From the human T2T-CHM13v2.0 reference genome, Homo sapiens, in NCBI RefSeq assembly GCF_009914755.1, contig NC_060936.1: a DNA stretch of 64,000 nucleotides; one strand, 5' to 3'. Each line of letters begins with the position of its first letter. The stretch's first letter is position 1. Position numbers and translations under genes: made by a program. The notes beneath the pieces were generated by a model. That model had not been told where the DNA came from, ran no database searches, and was given only the letters and a program-made list of their open reading frames with translations. Below, in pieces: positions 58,317 through 64,000 of this stretch.

Positions 58317-58605
58317 TGATCTGCCTGCCTCGGCCTCCCAAAGTGCTGGGATTACAGGCGTGAGCCACCACGCCTGGCCTCAGAATATATTTGAATGGAC
58401 AAGAATGTAACATATATTTTCAGTTGCTATTTTAGCTCTGAACGACAATTTTACATAGCCCTATAAAATCTAGAAACCCAATTTTGCCACCCCGGAAACA
58501 ACAATTTTCCTCCATCCCCCACTCCTGCCTCTTGCTAACATCCTGCCACTGACCCCAACAGGCTGGGCTTGGTTGTGGCATGAAGGCGTGTGTGCACATA
58601 CTGAC

Positions 58606-58842
58606 CTCCTTTTCTATGATAGCCACTTGCTTCTTGGCCAGCTTCTCCAGCTCGATGGACGAGTTGTTGGCATGCGTCTCCACCTCCTTCTGTAGCTTGA
58701 GGCGGTGCTCGTCCATCTCAGCCTTCAGCTTGTTCTCCAGGGCGATCAGCTGCTTCTGGTGCTGGCGCCGCATCCGCTTATAACCTGACATCTGTTCCCG
58801 CAACTCGTTCTCCTGCTCATGCTCATGGATCTGTCGTGTAAC
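58606..58842 (-). CDS. TAOK3: TAOK3 coding exon ([32 protein letters not shown]...IIEKE, 79 codons)
   Basis: AG at 58843-58844, donor GAG|GTCAGT; TAO-kinase motif [17 protein letters not shown]; 237 nt, phase 0/0. Confidence 0.97.
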
Positions 58843-59133
58843 CTGAATTGGGTTAGGAAACAGAACTCAGGTAACCAGGTTCATGGGAGACAAGCTTTCA
58901 TGCAAAGTAGAACGGCCCTGTGGCATAATTTTATCCATCACCTTCACCATCAATTTACCTACTGTTTAGTGAATGCTCACCCGTAGGGGGCACTGTGCTA
59001 GATAGATACTCTTTATGTATTTTATCCCTAGTCCTCAAAACCATCTCATTCACTCATTCATTTCATTCATGAGGTAGGTGATAACATCTTAGTTTTATAG
59101 TTGAAGAAATTGATTCTTGAAAGAAACTCTTTA

Positions 59134-59451
<318 letters not shown>

Positions 59452-59588
59452 TCAGTCAAAATATGTTTACATATTTTTGATATACCATCACATATATTAC
59501 ATGTTCACATTAACACAGCTAATAAGGACTGGATTGGGAATCAGGCCCATCTCTGTATAACTCCAGAGCCATGTTATTTCTACTGCAC

Positions 59589-59794
59589 CAAGATTTCTCA
59601 CCAACACTACTGACAACGAGCCCGATAATTATCTGTTGTGGGGGCCGTCCTGTGCATTGCAGGATGTTTAGCAGCATCCCTGGCCTCTACCCACTAGATG
59701 GCAGTAGCACCTCCCACCACATGACAATGAAAAGTATCTCCAGATATTGCCAAATGTTCCCTTGGGAACAAAATTCCTCTAGTTGAGAACTACT
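59589..59794. mobile_element. MER20 hAT-Charlie MITE
   Basis: tgtcctgtgcattg.aggatgtttagcagcatccctggcctctacccactagatg-like core; ends gttgagaactact. Confidence 0.85.
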
Positions 59795-59810
59795 ACACTG
59801 GTTTGTTTTG

Positions 59811-59814
59811 TATA

Positions 59815-59875
<61 letters not shown>
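59811..59875. repeat. (TG)n(TA)n(T)n compound microsatellite
   Basis: Read directly. Confidence 0.93.
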
Positions 59876-62800
59876 AAGGATCATGTCTCTAACAGTCATA
59901 GACCTTTTAAATTAGTCTGAACATGATTTATTTCCTATTCCTAATATGAAGAGGTGAGTATGAGATCAAGAGATCTCTTAAATCATGTCTCCCCCATCCC
60001 CTTCTCTACAAAAGAAATGTTACCAAATTATAATACATTCACTCACTCTCCTAAAGAGGACAAAGCATTGCTATGATTTTTGGAAGGCTACTTTTCTTAG
60101 TAACTTTTCCTTAACTCATTTTCAAGTGAACATCCAACAAATTAAAGCTTGTAAATGTACATTTCAGCACCTCTTGCTCATTTCTATTAAATCTTTTGTG
60201 ATTTTTCCAGTCCTTCCTTCAATTTATCTTCTCTCTTTATTTTCCTGATCACTTCCTCCCTATTTTTCCTATTTTAGAAAAAAAATCTTAATTCCAGGAT
60301 TGTAACTTTAGTCTTGTTCTTCACTAAGTGATTTGGTCACTCCTATCTACTGTAAGGCCCATCTCCCCAGCCTAACACCCAACCAAGCTTTACAGGAAAT
60401 TTTCAAGCTGCTATTAATTTTCTGTACTATTTTCAGTTTATGGGTTAAAATACATTTTATACAAAGAAGAGTTTGTTTCTCTGCTCTTTTTAGAAGGTGG
60501 CCCTGCATACTAAATTGAGTCCTTACTAACAAGAGAGTGCTGTTCTGTAACTAGATAGTATTATCAAAGTACACCATTAAACATTAGCCAAACTTTGAAA
60601 CCTTTCCAGTTGAAACTAACACTGGGTTTCATATTCATTTCTCTTTTCTGAAGGATAATACTCTTTCAAGTATTAAGAATAAGAGCAGAGGATATTTTAA
60701 GACCAAAAAAGGATAGCATCACCCAAAAGGCACCTAACCCTCTAAAGAAAATAAATGATCTATTTTATTATCAGAAAATGTGTTTTTTTAATGGACATAA
60801 TTCAAGATGAAAGGAGGAAAAGAAGTAGTTTGAAATATATGTATCAATTTTACTTCTTCACGCTTATATGTTTCTGAAGTACAACTTTAAGGAAGAAACA
60901 ATTCTAATCAATGGAAAGGATACCATTTAGTCCTTTCTGAATTCAACTATTTTTCAGAAAAATATGGCAGTAAAGTATCAGGGTTAGGGTAATGAATTTT
61001 AGATATGTTTTAGCTAGAAACTTTTTCTTATTTTAGCATTCCTTCTTTAATCAGATTCCCAAAGCTGAGGCATGGCACACTCTAAGCTATCATGACACAT
61101 TTAAAACTTGGCATAAGCATTGGCTTACAGCCAATAAAATATTCTCAGGATGGTCATTTCCCTAAACCAGGATGCCTAAAGATAAAAGGGAAATGAGTTG
61201 TGTCAAGAAAATTTTCTATTTCAGTTGGTGGGTGGGTGTCTGTAAAGAGGGTGGCTTTCTACTTGTACCAGATCACATACAAGGTGATCTGGTACAAGGA
61301 TGTGGCAAAGAAAATTTACAGAGCTCAATCTGCTATCATTGTACACCACTGAATTCCAGGAGAGACATTTTGCTTTTGAATGCTTCCCATAATGTGGATA
61401 ATTACCTTCTTAAACTCCTAATATCACCTTTCATTTGTCACAACTAAACTTTCCAAGTTTCAAATTGTCTTTTTGGGTATATATATAGAGATACTAAGCT
61501 TTATAATTCCATGCTCAAGCTGGATAGATGAATTTAAATAAAAGTATAACCAGATATTTCAATTGAAAAGTCTAACATGAAATATACAAAAAATATGATA
61601 TTTACAGTTATATGTGCCTGTGTGTCTTAAGTGTACACTATGAGTTTTAAGAATACACCTTTTGGTCAATAAAATAAAAAATAATAGCTGATAACTTTTT
61701 CATGCATATGGTTTAAAAAGTGCTTTCACATATAATTTACCTCTTTAATTTTTAGAAGGCCTTGGATTCCTATGGTTCTTGAATTGCCTGAGGAAATTCA
61801 TATCACCAAGGCAGAAAAAGAGTGACTATTTTCTGTTATAAAGTAATAGAGGGAATCAACACCCAAAAAAGTCAAAGCTAGAGAGGGTGGTAAGTCTAAA
61901 TTACAAATTGAGTAAGTCTGAAATGGGAGAAAGTTATAAAGATGTAGTAACTGTAGTTTTTACAATGGCAGTCTCAAAAATGTGATCAACTAAAAGTGGG
62001 CAGTACCACCTTGCTCTACCCAGTGGATTGTGTGGAGAAAAACCTCATCTATCTCTTACTATATAATTGACCTTGGGCAAATTACTTAACCTCTTAAAGT
62101 CTCTCAGTTTCTTAATGTGTAAAGAGAGAGGAACTACCACTGTCTTCCTCAGGGTCGGAGGACTTTCTCATGTGAAAGTGCCTAGCAGGGTGTCTGACTC
62201 CTAGGAAATGCTCAACACATGCTGGTTTCCTTCCTTCTGATGCCAGGCTCTGCGAAGCATGTCCCTTTGCCCTCCACTTAGTATTTCTGGTGATGGAGAC
62301 ACAGAGCACAAGTGGATCCAGAAGAAGGGGCACATTTAAGGAAAAAAAAAAAAACTAGCTGTATCCAGGTTGTGGATTATAAAATTATGTATAATTTCTG
62401 AATCTGAATTATTACTTATTTCATGTATCTAGAATATGAAAAATAAACAAATAATAAATAATGTGCCATGAAAAGGAAGACCAAAACTTTTTTTCTAAAG
62501 GTTCCTATAGCTGTTCAATGCTACTTTATTTAATTCCAGCAAAATTCGGCCCTAAAACAAACCACTTCATCTGAAGTGCAGAGTGTCCCTACTGTGTACA
62601 AAACACTGCACTAGAAGGGTAATAAGCAACTTCCTGAACATAAAACAAGAGCATGGTGGCTGATGATGTTACCCTCTTAAGAGATCAAAGCCAACTTACA
62701 AGATTAATAATATGTAGGAATCAAAATGATGCATATGATAAAAGTGGCCACCTCAGCACTTAGAACAAATGAAATTTATAGCAAGTTCTTAAAAAGAATA

Positions 62801-64000
62801 CAGTGAGTCACATTTTGGCATTAGAAACTTAACATTCTATTCTTTAGAATACCTAAGGAAAAACTGTTTTTTAAATTTTTGCTAAAAGTAATGACTGATA
62901 ACAGGCAATTCTGCATTTATAAAAGAATATGTTACATGAGGAATTCTGAAATGCAAACTTATAAATCCAAATTCTCATGTGATAGCAAGGCTGGAGGTGA
63001 CCTCATTCATTCGTTCATTCATTTATTCAATACACATTTATTGACAGACTTTGACCATATGGGTTGGGCATGTAGATTGGACAGCATAAGTGAGAAATGG
63101 TATCAGCAATGACCTTAGTGAGTTAAGAAGCCAAGAATAAGTAAAGAGATATGCAATATTTTGATAAGCATCCTCTGGTATACTGTCCAGGAAGAGAACA
63201 CATTTTCAAGCATTTAGAAACAGGATGAAACAGTAGCATTTACTGCTGAGGCTCTCATATTTTTATTTTTAGGTATCAAATTCATTCACGTATCCAATTT
63301 CACAATTAGCTGAATTATTAGGGTGCATTTTAAAAACTCCAAATGAAGACTCTCTATGAGCTTTTCTATCGAATCTGGCAAAGCGAAGTAAAAGACTCTA
63401 TATTTGCATGAATAGAACAATAATACTTTTCTCCTACATGCCTCCTTGGGAATTCCCCTATCACACCCTTCTCCCTGACATGTGTTCTAACATAAATTCG
63501 CCTCTGTAATGCAGTCACAGGTGAATTTGTGTTAGAACACACATTAGGAAGAGGGGCAGTGAGAATTCCTTCACAAAACCAAAAGCTGAACTCTGATAGA
63601 TACACTGCTCTTTATATTAATATCTCTATCACAGAAACGGCCAAGAGCCCCAGACACTACAAAGTTTTCAGAAGAAATGACATCAGATGTAGCAACAGCT
63701 AAAAACACCCTCATGAATCACTAATATAATTAAAATATGAGGCTCTCCATAAAAACTCAAGGAAGGCACATCTCAAAGGCCCAAGAAGTCAGATTAGTGA
63801 TTCTGCAGAACTATATAAACAACTTTTTTCCAGATAACACATGAGCCCAATATGAACTTCCTTACAGAAGAAGGAAAAGAAAGGTTAAAATAAAGATGCC
63901 ATGAAATACCCTTCCTTTTCCTAATTCTTCAAAATAAGGGCAATAATCTCTGCCCTTAGAAAATTATAAAAATTATACAATTGTAATAAAAAGTTACAAT

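Noticed and set aside
59880-64000. AT-rich, repeat-poor TAOK3 intron segment as a possible hidden exon region
   Set aside because: No ORF with TAOK-like sequence or convincing splice-site pair found; the next upstream exon appears to lie outside the window

Overview
Human (primate) genomic DNA, recognisable as the PEBP1 (RKIP) / TAOK3 locus. It contains the complete 4-exon PEBP1 gene on + (CDS 13461-22043, 187 aa, CpG-island promoter, AATAAA at 22801). It also contains the last seven coding exons and 3'UTR of TAOK3 on - (455 codons of C-terminal coiled coil plus stop, distal AATAAA at 27060-27065). The two genes converge across about 4.2 kb. The rest is very Alu-dense, with two 5'-truncated L1PA insertions, old L1M/L2/MIR, MLT1 and MER4-type LTRs, and hAT/mariner MITEs. 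Almost all ORFs in the supplied track are Alu or microsatellite artefacts. I see no convincing new multi-gene system. The best candidates for undescribed biology are: a frame-preserving 51-nt cryptic exon in PEBP1 intron 3; a 9-nt in-frame candidate microexon next to a UG repeat in TAOK3; a 32-bp inverted (TG)n(CG)n pair bracketing the TAOK3 terminal exon; three co-oriented CTCF-like motifs; UPRE and D-box motifs at PEBP1; and several retrotransposition scars. All are inferences from sequence. Repeat subfamily calls come from remembered consensus sequences and repeat boundaries are approximate.
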